A program made the position numbers and the translations under genes. A stretch of 64,000 nucleotides of DNA, from contig NZ_CAXHZL010000006.1 of NCBI RefSeq assembly GCF_964022235.1, positions 65,300 through 129,299 on the forward strand, in the 5' to 3' direction. The DNA is from an uncultured Limimaricola sp. Its GTDB lineage: Bacteria > Pseudomonadota > Alphaproteobacteria > Rhodobacterales > Rhodobacteraceae. The notes beneath the pieces are model-generated. The model saw nothing but the letters and a program-made list of their open reading frames with translations, did not search any database and was not told the origin of the DNA. Positions 1 through 9,493 of the stretch are shown here, piece by piece. Numbering within the stretch: position 1 is the stretch's first letter; each line of letters begins with the position of its first letter.

Positions 1-694
1 TGAATTCGGCCACCCGCCCGTCGGCGAGATAGGAAGTGCGCTCGATGCTGAGCCCGGCGGTGCCCGGCTCGATCTCGAGCGTTGCGGCGTCGTCGCGGCC
101 CATGTTGATCGCCGAAATCTTCTGCAGCGCCCGTACCGGTCGCAGCCCGGCCTGCGCCAGCACGCCGTAAAGCGAGGTCTCGACCGCACTCGGGTCAGCG
201 AGGATGCTCAGCGGCAGCGCCGCGCGCTCGATCGCCAAGGGCCGTCCATCGGCGAGCCTGAGACGCGCCAGCCGCGCCACCTCATCGTCCGACGACAGGC
301 CGAGTGCCACGACCTCATCCGGCGACGGCAGGAAAACGCCCCGATCGAGCCATCGCGTCGTGGTCGAGAGGCCGCGTCGCGCCATGTCCTCGGTGAAGGA
401 GGTAAGCCGCGACAGCGACTGCTCCAGCCTCGGGGCGCGCGGCGCCACGAAGGAGCCGGAGCCCTGTTTCTGAACCACCAGCCCCTCTTGGGCGAGCCGA
501 CCGATCGCCTTGCGCACCGTGACCCGCGACAACCCGGTGAGCGTCGCGATCTCGCGTTCCGGCGGCAGCGAGGTGCCCGGCGGCAGCAGCCCCTGCGACA
601 CCGCCTCGGACAGCCTGCGAGACAGCCGGAGATAGAGCGGCCCGGCGTCGCTCTTCACCCAAGCCTCCGGCGCAAGGAAATCCGCAATGCTCAT
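1..694 (-). CDS. GntR/HutC-family transcriptional regulator (NagQ/NagR-like), C-terminus cut by window edge
   Basis: Not in the ORF track because there is no stop inside the window. My minus-strand translation from ATG 694-692 reads MSIADFLAPEAWVKSDAGPLYLRLSRRLSEAVSQGLLPPGTSLPPEREIATLTGLSRVTVRKAIGRLAQEGLVVQKQGSGSFV... This is a GntR winged-helix HTH followed by a UTRA-like half. The start makes an ATGA overlap with the stop of the upstream kinase gene. Confidence 0.8.
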   Translation of the reverse strand, partial: MSIADFLAPEAWVKSDAGPLYLRLSRRLSEAVSQGLLPPGTSLPPEREIATLTGLSRVTVRKAIGRLAQEGLVVQKQGSGSFVAPRAPRLEQSLSRLTSFTEDMARRGLSTTTRWLDRGVFLPSPDEVVALGLSSDDEVARLARLRLADGRPLAIERAALPLSILADPSAVETSLYGVLAQAGLRPVRALQKISAINMGRDDAATLEIEPGTAGLSIERTSYLADGRVAEF

Positions 695-1557
695 CACTGT
701 CCTCCCTGCCGGGCAAGGATCAGGGCGCCGTCGAGCGGGGTGCCCTGCGGATCGGCAAATCGGCGACCGGGCCGCTCCAGCGCCGCGCGGTAGAGCGGCC
801 CGAGACCGCCGGTGAGATAGATCGGCTCGTCGGCCCTGTGTCCGAGCGTGTCCAGCGCCCGGTCGAGCCACTGCGCGCCGCGCTCCACGATTTCGCGCGC
901 GGTGCCGTCACCCGCCGCTGCCGCCTCCATCACCATGGGGGCCAGCGTGCCGAAATCGGCGGGCCGCGCGGTTGCGGCAAAGCCGACGATATCCTGCGGC
1001 GCTCCGCCGAGCCGTGCCAGCAGCGCCTCGGTCAGATCGGTGCGGGCGCGCATCCCGTCGACGGCCTCGAGCGTCGCGGCGAGGGCCGCGCGCCCGATCC
1101 AGCCGCCAGAGGCTTGATCCGAAAGCTGCAGCCCCCAACCGCCCACCGCGCGGATCGCACCACCGCGCCTCAGCCCCACGAAACTTCCCGTACCAATTGC
1201 CAGCACCGCCCCGTCGGCGCTTGCCCCAAGCGCCCCGGCGATGGCGATATCGCGGTCCTCGGTGACGCGGCAACGCCCCGGCAGCCGGCGCGCCGCCCGC
1301 GCGGCCATGGCCTCCGATTGCACACCTGCGAGCCCGGCGTGGCCGATCGCCCCGGTCAACGCCTCATCGGGCAGCCCGGCGGCCAGTGCTGCGTTTGCAA
1401 TGGCGCGCAGCAGGTTGGCGATGCCGCCGTCGAAATCGGTGGTCAGATTTGCAGGCCCGGCCGCGCCCTGCCCCAGAAGGCCGCCGCGCCACAGCGCCGC
1501 CCGGCAACCGGTGCCGCCACCATCGAGGCCGAGAAACAGGGTCGCGCTATCGTTCAT
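694..1557 (-). CDS. BadF/BadG/BcrA/BcrD-type sugar kinase (N-acetylglucosamine / MurNAc kinase-like)
   Basis: ORF 694..1557 with an N-terminal LFLGLDGGGTGCR ASKHA phosphate-1 motif. Sits next to murQ and is coupled to the GntR gene. Confidence 0.8.
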   Translation of the reverse strand: MNDSATLFLGLDGGGTGCRAALWRGGLLGQGAAGPANLTTDFDGGIANLLRAIANAALAAGLPDEALTGAIGHAGLAGVQSEAMAARAARRLPGRCRVTEDRDIAIAGALGASADGAVLAIGTGSFVGLRRGGAIRAVGGWGLQLSDQASGGWIGRAALAATLEAVDGMRARTDLTEALLARLGGAPQDIVGFAATARPADFGTLAPMVMEAAAAGDGTAREIVERGAQWLDRALDTLGHRADEPIYLTGGLGPLYRAALERPGRRFADPQGTPLDGALILARQGGQ

Positions 1558-1559
1558 AG

Positions 1560-1577
1560 AATACCTATATAATACCT
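1560..1577 (-). promoter_or_regulatory. Two AGGTATT direct repeats (11-bp phasing) abutting the kinase start codon; candidate GntR operator
   Basis: AATACCT at 1560-1566 and at 1571-1577 (AGGTATT on the minus strand), ending 2 nt from the ATG at 1557. Lies in an AT-rich island within GC-rich DNA. Confidence 0.45.
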
Positions 1578-1671
1578 TTCGCGGGTTTGGAATGAGAATA
1601 TTTTGGGATATCTGCGCAGCATCTTCCCAAGACGGCAGTAAACGCTGTCTCGCGTCGACACTATAGACAAG

Positions 1672-1700
1672 AGGTATCTCAAAGGTATTAGATAGGCCTC
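1672..1700 (+). promoter_or_regulatory. Three phased AGGTAT-like direct repeats just upstream of the murQ RBS; candidate GntR operator
   Basis: AGGTATC (1672-1678), TCAA, AGGTATT (1683-1689), AGAT, AGGCCTC (1694-1700), followed directly by the RBS AAAGGAGAG. Confidence 0.45.
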
Positions 1701-1713
1701 AAAGGAGAGTTCG

Positions 1714-2616
1714 ATGGGTTTGCCACGTACGGAGCAGGTCACGACCGAGGCGGAAGCACTGGATCGCCTGACCGGTCCGGCCGCGCTGTCGCGGATGATC
1801 GACGTGCAGCGGGCGGCCATCGAAAGCCTGCGCACAGTATTGCCCGAGATAGAGGCAGCCGCCGCGCTGATGGCCGAAACGCTGCGCGGCGAGGGGCGTC
1901 TCGTCTATGCCGCGGCCGGAAGCTCGGCGCTGATGGCGCTGGCCGATGCCGCCGAACTGCCCGGCACCTTCGGCATCGCGCAGCAGCGGATCGTGATCCG
2001 CATGGCCGGTGGCGTACCCACGGATGCGGCGATGCCCGGCGATACCGAGGACGACACCAAGGCCGCGCAAGCGGTGATCGCGGAGTTGCGCCCCGACGAC
2101 CTCGTCATTGCGCTGAGCGCCAGCGGCTCCACCCCCTATCCCACGGCCATCGCCCAAGGGGCGCCTGCGCGCGGCGCGCGGGTGGTGGCGATCGCCTGCA
2201 ATCCCGGCACACCGCTGCTGGCCGCCGCCGATGTTGCAATCTGCCTCGCCACACCGCCCGAGGCGCTGGCGGGCTCGACCCGCATGGGGGCGGGCACCGC
2301 GCAAAAGGCGGCGCTGAACCTGATCTCGACCCGCGCGGGCGTGCTCTTGGGTCATGTGCATGACGGCATGATGGTCAATCTCGTCGCCGACAACGCCAAA
2401 CTGCGGGGCCGGGCGGCAGGCATCGTCGCGCGCGTGGCCAAGGTGGAGGTGCAGACCGCCGCCCGCGCGCTCGATCTCGCACAAGGCGCGGTAAAGCCCG
2501 CCTGCCTGATCGCCGCCGGGGCGACGCCGGAGACGGCGCGCGCCTTGCTGGAGCGGCATGCGGACCATCTGCGCCCGGCTCTGGCCGAGCTTCACGACAC
2601 ACAACAAGACGCCTGA
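1714..2616 (+). CDS. murQ: N-acetylmuramic acid 6-phosphate etherase (SIS domain)
   Basis: ORF 1714..2616. MurQ-like N-terminus (TEQVTTEAEALD...) and an SIS core (GRLVYAAAGSS, ALSASGSTPY). Strong RBS. Confidence 0.88.
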   Translation: MGLPRTEQVTTEAEALDRLTGPAALSRMIDVQRAAIESLRTVLPEIEAAAALMAETLRGEGRLVYAAAGSSALMALADAAELPGTFGIAQQRIVIRMAGGVPTDAAMPGDTEDDTKAAQAVIAELRPDDLVIALSASGSTPYPTAIAQGAPARGARVVAIACNPGTPLLAAADVAICLATPPEALAGSTRMGAGTAQKAALNLISTRAGVLLGHVHDGMMVNLVADNAKLRGRAAGIVARVAKVEVQTAARALDLAQGAVKPACLIAAGATPETARALLERHADHLRPALAELHDTQQDA

Positions 2617-2650
2617 ACAGGGCGCGACCTCATCAACACGGGAGAAGACA

Positions 2651-3904
2651 ATGACCAAACGCATACTCGCGGGCGCGCTGCTGGGCACGACATTGCTGTC
2701 CGGCATGGCGCAGGCGCAGGACGTCACGCTCACCATCGAGAGCTGGCGCAACGACGACCTCGCGATCTGGCAGGACCAGATCATCCCGGCCTTCGAGGCC
2801 GAGCATCCGGGCATCAAGATCGATTTCACGCCCTCGGCCCCGGCCGAATACAACGCGGTCCTGAACTCCAAACTCGACGCGGGCTCGGCCGGCGACCTGA
2901 TCACCTGCCGCCCCTTCGACGCCTCGCTGGCGCTATTCGAGGCCGGAAAGCTCGCCGATCTGAGCGACCTCGAAGGCATGTCGAATTTCTCGGACGTGGC
3001 GAAGTCGGGCTGGAGCAGCGATGACGGATCGGCCACCTACTGCGTGCCGATGGCCAGCGTGATCCACGGCTTCATCTACAACAAGGACGCCTTCGCCGAG
3101 TTGGGGCTCGAGGAGCCGAAGACCGTCGATGAATTCTTTGTCGTGCTCGACGCGATCAAGGAGGACGGCACCTATATCCCGATGGCGATGGGCACCAATG
3201 ACCAGTGGGAAGCCGCCACCATGGGCTACCAGAACATCGGGCCCAACTACTGGAAGGGCGAGGAAGGCCGTCAGGCGTTGATCGATGGCACGGCCAAGCT
3301 CACCGACGCCGAGTGGACCGCTCCCTATGAGCAGCTCGCCAAATGGGGCGACTATCTGGGCGACGGCTACGAGGCGCAGACCTATCCTGACAGCCAGAAC
3401 CTGTTCACGCTGGGTCGCGCCGCGATCTATCCCGCGGGCTCGTGGGAGGTGTCGGGCTTCAACGGCCTCGCCGACTTCGAGATGGGGGCGTTCCCGCCGC
3501 CGGTCCCGGCCGAGGGCGACGCCTGCTACATCTCGGATCACACCGACATCGGCATCGGCATGAACGCCGCGACCGAGCATCCTGACGAGGCCAGAACCTT
3601 CCTCAACTGGGTTGCGTCGAGCGAATTCGCCACGCTCTATGCCAACGCCCTGCCCGGCTTCTTTCCGCTGTCGCAGGCCCCGGTCGAGATCGAAGATCCG
3701 CTGGCGCAGGAGTTCGCAAGCTGGCGCGAGGAGTGTTCCTCGACCATCCGCTCGACCTACCAGATCCTGTCGCGTGGCACGCCCAACCTCGAGAACGACA
3801 CCTGGAACGCCTCGGCACAGGTGATCAAGGGCGCCGAGACCCCAGCCGACGCGGGCGCGCGTCTGCAGGATGGCCTTGCAAGCTGGTACGAACCGCAAAA
3901 GTAA
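2651..3904 (+). CDS. Sugar ABC transporter substrate-binding protein (family 1 / CUT1)
   Basis: In-frame ATG at 2651 gives the signal peptide MTKRILAGALLGTTLLSGMAQAQ. RBS GGAGAAG lies upstream. The 2558 start in the ORF track overlaps murQ. Confidence 0.85.
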   Translation: MTKRILAGALLGTTLLSGMAQAQDVTLTIESWRNDDLAIWQDQIIPAFEAEHPGIKIDFTPSAPAEYNAVLNSKLDAGSAGDLITCRPFDASLALFEAGKLADLSDLEGMSNFSDVAKSGWSSDDGSATYCVPMASVIHGFIYNKDAFAELGLEEPKTVDEFFVVLDAIKEDGTYIPMAMGTNDQWEAATMGYQNIGPNYWKGEEGRQALIDGTAKLTDAEWTAPYEQLAKWGDYLGDGYEAQTYPDSQNLFTLGRAAIYPAGSWEVSGFNGLADFEMGAFPPPVPAEGDACYISDHTDIGIGMNAATEHPDEARTFLNWVASSEFATLYANALPGFFPLSQAPVEIEDPLAQEFASWREECSSTIRSTYQILSRGTPNLENDTWNASAQVIKGAETPADAGARLQDGLASWYEPQK

Positions 3905-3959
3905 GCAGCGGACCGTCCGGGCGCCCCGCGCCCGGACGACGCCTACAGGAGGTCGACCC

Positions 3960-4895
3960 ATGCCCGGCACCGCCGTCTCCAGCGCTGCGCCAAAGTTCCG
4001 CTGGCACATCGTCGTGTTTCTCGCCCCCGCGGTGCTGGTCTACACGGCGGTGATGATCCTGCCGCTGTTCGACACGCTGCGCCTCGCGCTTTACGACGAG
4101 GTCGAGGGCCAGAGGGTCTTCGTGGGCCTCGAGAATTTCCGCACGCTGTTCGGCGACCCGAACTGGTCGCGCCAGTTCTGGAACGCTTTGGCCAACAACT
4201 TCTGGTTCTTCCTGATCCACATGGCGGTGCAGAACCCGATCGGCATCGCGCTGGCGGCGATCCTGTCGAACCCGCGGCTTCGGTTCTCGGGCTTCTACCG
4301 CTCTGCGATCTTCATCCCCACCATCCTGTCCTTCGTGATCGTAGGTTTTGCGTGGAAGCTGATCCTGTCGCCGATCTGGGGCATCGCTCCGGGAATGCTG
4401 GATGCCATCGGCCTCAAATCGCTCTTCGCGCCATGGCTCGGGCGTGAGGAAACGGCGCTGACCACGCTGGCGCTGATCTCGGTGTGGCAATTCGTCGGCA
4501 TCCCGATGATGCTGATCTATGCAGCACTCCTGTCGATCCCCGACGAGATCCTCGAGGCGGGCGAATGCGACGGCGTCACAGGCCTTTCTGCCTTCTGGAA
4601 GATCAAGCTGCCGCTGATCCTGCCATCGATCGGCATCATCTCGATCCTGACCTTCGTTGCGAACTTCAACGCCTTCGACCTGATCTATGCCGCGCAGGGC
4701 GCGCTGGCGGGACCGGATTTCTCCTCCGACATCCTCGGCACCTTCCTCTACCGCACCTTCTTCGGCTTCCAGCTTCAGCTTGGCGATCCGCATATGGGAT
4801 CGGCCATCGCCTCCGCGATGTTCGCGGTCATCCTGATCGGGGTCTGCATCTATCTTTTCGGCATCCAGACCCGGATCCGCCGCTACCAGCTCTGA
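3960..4895 (+). CDS. Sugar ABC transporter permease (MalF/UgpA-like)
   Basis: Internal ATG at 3960 (MPGTAVSS..FRWHIVVFLAPAVLVYTAVMILPLF). Multi-TM with an EAA-type loop. Confidence 0.85.
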   Translation: MPGTAVSSAAPKFRWHIVVFLAPAVLVYTAVMILPLFDTLRLALYDEVEGQRVFVGLENFRTLFGDPNWSRQFWNALANNFWFFLIHMAVQNPIGIALAAILSNPRLRFSGFYRSAIFIPTILSFVIVGFAWKLILSPIWGIAPGMLDAIGLKSLFAPWLGREETALTTLALISVWQFVGIPMMLIYAALLSIPDEILEAGECDGVTGLSAFWKIKLPLILPSIGIISILTFVANFNAFDLIYAAQGALAGPDFSSDILGTFLYRTFFGFQLQLGDPHMGSAIASAMFAVILIGVCIYLFGIQTRIRRYQL

Positions 4896-4905
4896 GGAGG
4901 GTGCG

Positions 4906-5745
4906 ATGTCCACCGCACGACACACACCGCTCAATTCGGTCGCGGCCCATGCGGCGCTGATCACCTATACGCTGATCGCGCTGTTCCCGGTCTTCGTCAT
5001 CGTCATCAACAGCTTCAAGGCGCGCCGCGCGATCTTCCGCGAGCCGCTGGCATTGCCGGATGCCGAAAGCTTCAGCCTGATCGGCTACCAGACGGTGATG
5101 AAGCAGGGCGATTTCTTCCTCTACTTCCAGAACTCCCTCATCGTCACCGTGGCCTCGCTGTTCTTCATCCTGCTGTTCGGCGCAATGGCGGCCTTCGCGC
5201 TGGCCGAGTACCGGTTTCGCGGCAACACGCTGATGGGGCTCTACCTCGCGCTCGGCATCATGATCCCGATCCGCATCGGTACGGTGGCGATCCTGCAGAT
5301 GATGGTGGCGACGGGGCTGGTGAACACGCTTTGGGCGCTGATCCTCGTCTACACCGCCCAAGGCCTGCCGCTCGCGGTGTTCATCCTGTCGGAGTTCATG
5401 CGGCAGGTGTCTGACGACCTGAGGAACGCAGGCCGCATCGACGGACTCAGCGAATACAAGATCTTCTTTCGCCTCGTGCTGCCCTTGGTGCGCCCCGCCA
5501 TGGCGACGGTGGCAGTGTTCAACATGATCCCGATCTGGAACGATCTGTGGTTTCCGCTGATCCTCGCCCCGGCCGAGGAGGTAAAGACGCTCACCCTCGG
5601 CTCACAGGTGTTCATCGGCCAGTTCGTGACCGACTGGAACGCGGTGCTCTCGGCGCTCAGCCTCGCGATCTTGCCGGTGCTGGTGCTCTACGTCATCTTC
5701 TCGCGGCAGTTGATCCGCGGCATCACCTCGGGAGCCGTCAAATGA
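4906..5745 (+). CDS. Sugar ABC transporter permease (MalG/UgpE-like)
   Basis: ORF 4906..5745, a typical 6-TM CUT1 permease. Confidence 0.85.
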   Translation: MSTARHTPLNSVAAHAALITYTLIALFPVFVIVINSFKARRAIFREPLALPDAESFSLIGYQTVMKQGDFFLYFQNSLIVTVASLFFILLFGAMAAFALAEYRFRGNTLMGLYLALGIMIPIRIGTVAILQMMVATGLVNTLWALILVYTAQGLPLAVFILSEFMRQVSDDLRNAGRIDGLSEYKIFFRLVLPLVRPAMATVAVFNMIPIWNDLWFPLILAPAEEVKTLTLGSQVFIGQFVTDWNAVLSALSLAILPVLVLYVIFSRQLIRGITSGAVK

Positions 5746-6788
5746 CCCAACGCGTCCTCATCGCCGGGCTTGGCAACATGGGGCTGAGCCACGCGCTGGC
5801 CCATCACGCCCACCCGGACAGCGAGATCGTAGGGCTGGTGAACCGTTCGGCGCGCGCCCTTCCCGACGCGCTCGCCCCCTATCCGCTCTTCACCGATTAC
5901 GACACGGCCCTGGCCAAGACACGCCCCGATGTCGTGGTCATCGCCACCTATTCCGACAGCCATGCCGATTATGCCTGCGCCGCGATGCGCGCGGGCGCGC
6001 ATGTCTTCGTCGAAAAGCCGCTCGCCACCACCGTGGCCGATGCGACCCGCGTGGTGGATTGCGCACGCAAGACCGGGCGCAAGCTCGTCGTCGGCTACAT
6101 CCTGCGCCATCACCCGAGCTGGCAGCGGCTGATCGAGGAGGCGCGGACTTTGGGCGGGCCATATGTGTTCCGGCTCAACCTCAATCAACAGTCCTCGGGC
6201 GCTACCTGGGAGACGCACAAAGCCCTGATGCAGACCACCTCGCCCATCGTCGATTGCGGCGTTCACTACGTCGACGTGATGTGTCAGGTGACCGACGCGC
6301 GGCCCTTGCGAGTGCATGGCATCGGGCTTCGGCTCAGCGACGAAATCCCCGAAGACATGTACAACTATGGCCAGTTTCAGGTGGTCTTCGAAGATGGCTC
6401 GGTCGGTTGGTACGAGGCGGGCTGGGGGCCGATGATGTCCGAGACCGCGAGCTTCGTGAAGGACATCGTCTCGCCCAACGGATCGGTTTCGATCGCCGAG
6501 GGCAACACCGGGGCTTCGGATGACGTGGACGGCCACACCAAGGTCGGCGCGATTCGGCTGCACCGCCCCGATGGTGACCGCATCATGGAGATGCCCGACG
6601 AGCCGGGCCATCAGGCGCTGTGCGACGCCGAGCAGGCCTATCTGCTGCGCGCCATCGCCCAAGACATCGACCTGACCCGCCACATGCGTGACGCCGTGCA
6701 ATCGCTGCGCATCTGCCTCGCCGCCGACCACAGCATCCGCACCGGCCAGCCTGTTGATCTGCTTGTCGATCTGGAGGAGACCCCATGA
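5742..6788 (+). CDS. Gfo/Idh/MocA-family NAD(P)-dependent oxidoreductase
   Basis: Internal ATG at 5742 (MTQRVLIAGLGNMGLSHA, Rossmann motif). ATGA overlaps with both the permease stop and the ATPase start. Confidence 0.8.
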   Translation: MTQRVLIAGLGNMGLSHALAHHAHPDSEIVGLVNRSARALPDALAPYPLFTDYDTALAKTRPDVVVIATYSDSHADYACAAMRAGAHVFVEKPLATTVADATRVVDCARKTGRKLVVGYILRHHPSWQRLIEEARTLGGPYVFRLNLNQQSSGATWETHKALMQTTSPIVDCGVHYVDVMCQVTDARPLRVHGIGLRLSDEIPEDMYNYGQFQVVFEDGSVGWYEAGWGPMMSETASFVKDIVSPNGSVSIAEGNTGASDDVDGHTKVGAIRLHRPDGDRIMEMPDEPGHQALCDAEQAYLLRAIAQDIDLTRHMRDAVQSLRICLAADHSIRTGQPVDLLVDLEETP

Positions 6789-7780
6789 CCGCACTCACGC
6801 TCGAAAAGGTGAGCAAGTCTTTTGGCAAGGTGCAAGTGCTGCACGACATCGATCTCACCGTCGAGGAAGGCGAGTTCGTGGTCTTCGTCGGCCCTTCGGG
6901 CTGTGGCAAGTCGACTCTGTTGCGGGTCATCGCGGGGCTGGAGGACGCGACCTCGGGCCGGGTCGAGATCGCCGGGGCCGACGTCACGCGCACGCCTCCC
7001 GCCAAGCGTGGCATCGCCATGGTGTTCCAGAGCTACGCGCTCTACCCGCATCTCGATGTGCGCGGCAACATGGCGCTGGGGCTGCGGCAGGAGGGCCAGC
7101 CGAAGGCGGTGATCGAGGAGCGCATCGCGGAAGCGGCGCGGATGCTGGAGCTTGGCCCCTATCTCGACCGACGCCCCTCCGAGCTTTCGGGCGGCCAACG
7201 CCAACGCGTCGCCATCGGCCGTGCCGTGACGCGCCAGCCCAAACTGTTTTTGTTCGACGAACCATTGTCGAACCTCGATGCGGCGCTGCGCATGAACACC
7301 CGCATCGAGATCGCGCAGCTGCACCGGACGCTCGGGGCGTCGATGATCTACGTCACCCACGATCAGACCGAGGCGATGACTCTTGCCGATCGGATCGTGG
7401 TGCTGCGCGACGGCAGGGTCGAGCAGGTGGGCGCGCCGATGGAGCTCTACAACAATCCCGCCAACCGCTTTGTCGCGGGCTTTCTCGGCGCACCGTCGAT
7501 GAATTTTCTGGCGCCCGTGTCGGACGCGCCCGAGGGTGCCGTTCTGGGCATCCGCCCCGAACATCTGCGCCCCGATCCCAAAGGTCCGATCCGCGGCAGG
7601 ATCACCCATGTCGAGCGCTTAGGCGGCGACACCAACATCGTGGTCGGCACCGAGGCCGGCGCGCAGGCGACGATCCGCATGTTCGGCCAACACGCTGCCA
7701 AGGTCGGCGAGGGGATCGCGATGGGGTTCGACCCCGCGCATGGCTTTCTGTTCGACGCCGGGGGGCAACGGTTGCGCTAG
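6785..7780 (+). CDS. Sugar ABC transporter ATP-binding protein (UgpC/MalK-like)
   Basis: Walker A GPSGCGKST, signature LSGGQRQRVAIGRA, and a C-terminal TOBE-like domain. Confidence 0.9.
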   Translation: MTALTLEKVSKSFGKVQVLHDIDLTVEEGEFVVFVGPSGCGKSTLLRVIAGLEDATSGRVEIAGADVTRTPPAKRGIAMVFQSYALYPHLDVRGNMALGLRQEGQPKAVIEERIAEAARMLELGPYLDRRPSELSGGQRQRVAIGRAVTRQPKLFLFDEPLSNLDAALRMNTRIEIAQLHRTLGASMIYVTHDQTEAMTLADRIVVLRDGRVEQVGAPMELYNNPANRFVAGFLGAPSMNFLAPVSDAPEGAVLGIRPEHLRPDPKGPIRGRITHVERLGGDTNIVVGTEAGAQATIRMFGQHAAKVGEGIAMGFDPAHGFLFDAGGQRLR

Positions 7781-7928
7781 GCGGCACGGGGTCAGGGGGT
7801 GAACCGCGAATGCGGACCCCGCGACGGTCCATGCGGCGTCCCACCGCCGACCGGTCGCGACCCAGTGCTTGCGCGGGGGGCGTCAGGTTTGGCCGGGGAT
7901 GCTCCCCCTCTTTGATCCGCACCCCGCA

Positions 7929-7949
7929 CGGCTCGCATCGTGCGAGCCG
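7929..7949. terminator. 9-bp-stem hairpin between convergent genes (possible bidirectional terminator, no U-tract)
   Basis: CGGCTCGCA-tcg-TGCGAGCCG, a perfect stem, 17 nt beyond the stop of the minus-strand GntR gene. Confidence 0.3.
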
Positions 7950-7966
7950 CCCGCCCTGCTCGGAGC

Positions 7967-8662
7967 CTACTCGGCCTTTGCCTCCACCTCGTGACGTCGC
8001 ACACGCAGCATCGTGCTCGATACCGAAAGCAGATGCCGCTCCATTTCCGCGGCGGCCTCGGACGGGCGGCGGCCGGCGATATGGGCAAAGAGATCCTGAT
8101 GCTGTCGGCCCAGAGCAGCGATCCGGTCGGTCGAAAACGTCTCGCGCCGTCGGTCCGTCCATTGCGCGTGCCGCCGCACCGAGCGGATCGACTGGTGGAT
8201 CGTCAGGAACAGCGGGTTGTGCGCCAGTTCGGCGATCTTGAAGTGAAAGATGTCATCGGCGGTCTCGTAAGCGCGCGCTTCGCCGGTCGACAGCGTCGCC
8301 TGCATCAGCCGCTCCAGCACCGAAAGCTCCTCGGAGGTCGCGCGCTGCGCCGCCAGCGCCGCCAGCGCCGGCTCGATCTCCATACGGACCTCCATGAGGT
8401 TGTGCGGCGTGACCTGCCGCACGAGGGTCTCGATGCCCACGCCTCCCGGGGGCGGCGCGGCGAAGGTGCCCTGCCCCTGCCGCCGAAAGATCGTGCCTTC
8501 GGCCTCGAGCACGTCGAGCAGAGACCTGAGCCGCCCCCGACCGAGCCCGAGCCGCTCGGCCAGCTGCCGCTCCGGCAACACCCTGCCATTGGCGAGAAGG
8601 CTCTCGTCGTCCAGCCCGGCGCGCAGCCGGGTCAGGATCCTGTCATCATCGCCTTCGGTCAT
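7967..8662 (-). CDS. GntR/FadR-family transcriptional regulator (FCD domain)
   Basis: Internal ATG at 8662 (MTEGDDDRILTRLRAGL..LPERQLAERLGLGRGRLRSLLDVLEAEGTIFRRQGQGTF). ATGA overlap with the tauE-like stop. The longer track ORF to 9274 runs over the neighbouring gene. Confidence 0.85.
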   Translation of the reverse strand: MTEGDDDRILTRLRAGLDDESLLANGRVLPERQLAERLGLGRGRLRSLLDVLEAEGTIFRRQGQGTFAAPPPGGVGIETLVRQVTPHNLMEVRMEIEPALAALAAQRATSEELSVLERLMQATLSTGEARAYETADDIFHFKIAELAHNPLFLTIHQSIRSVRRHAQWTDRRRETFSTDRIAALGRQHQDLFAHIAGRRPSEAAAEMERHLLSVSSTMLRVRRHEVEAKAE

Positions 8663-9492
8663 GCCAACTCCATCGCCCCGACAAGATCCCAGAGCATCCG
8701 GGCGGAGGTCAATGCCAGAAACAGCCCGAAGGACAGGCGCAATGCCCGCTGCGGGATCGCATGGGCGAGCTTCACCCCGACACCGGCAAAGCTGGTGGTG
8801 AGCGGGATGATCACGGCCACGGCAACGAGGTTGACGTATCCCAGCGAAAAAGGCGGCAGGCCCTCGGATCCGATCCCGGTCAACATGTAGATGATCGCGC
8901 CCGGCAGGCCGATCACGAAGCCGATCGCCGCCGAGGTGCCGACCGCGCGGCGGATGTCGTAGCCGAGAAAGTTCAGGAGCGGCACGCAGACCGTGCCACC
9001 GCCGATGCCCATCATCGACGACACCGTACCCGCAAACACCCCGAAGCCCGCCCAAGCCGGTCTCGAGAAGAACTTTGGCGTGACCTCGCCCTTGCGTCCG
9101 CGCAGCACCATGTCGGCGGCCACGACGGCGGCCACGACAGCAAAGACGCCGATGAGGATGCGCCCGTCGATCAACCCGCCGGTGAAGCTGCCCAGCACCA
9201 CGCCGATGAGGATCGAGGGCGCCCAGAGTTTCAGAAGCCCTGCGTCGATCGCGCCCTTCTTGTGATGGCCCCAAGCCGAGGACATCGAGGTAAAGACGAT
9301 GGTGGCCAAAGAGGTGCCGACCGCGACCTGCATGGTCAGCCCCGGCTCCATGCCGGTGAGCGATAGGGCGAAATAAAGGGCAGGCACGATGACGATGCCG
9401 CCGCCGACGCCCAATAGGCCCGCGAGGATGCCGCCCGCGACCCCCGCCGCGACGGCGACGGCGAGAAGCGTGAGAATGGTGCCGAGATCCAT
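8659..9492 (-). CDS. TauE/SafE-family (DUF81) anion exporter-type membrane protein
   Basis: Internal ATG at 9492 (MDLGTILTLLAVAVAAGVAGGILAGLLGVGGGIVIVPAL...). Polytopic membrane protein. The start is 1 nt after the DUF1028 stop. Confidence 0.8.
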   Translation of the reverse strand: MDLGTILTLLAVAVAAGVAGGILAGLLGVGGGIVIVPALYFALSLTGMEPGLTMQVAVGTSLATIVFTSMSSAWGHHKKGAIDAGLLKLWAPSILIGVVLGSFTGGLIDGRILIGVFAVVAAVVAADMVLRGRKGEVTPKFFSRPAWAGFGVFAGTVSSMMGIGGGTVCVPLLNFLGYDIRRAVGTSAAIGFVIGLPGAIIYMLTGIGSEGLPPFSLGYVNLVAVAVIIPLTTSFAGVGVKLAHAIPQRALRLSFGLFLALTSARMLWDLVGAMELA

Positions 9493-9493
9493 G

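Noticed and set aside
1699-3036. 445-aa minus-strand ORF
   Set aside because: Antisense to murQ and the sugar-binding protein gene. No recognisable domains.
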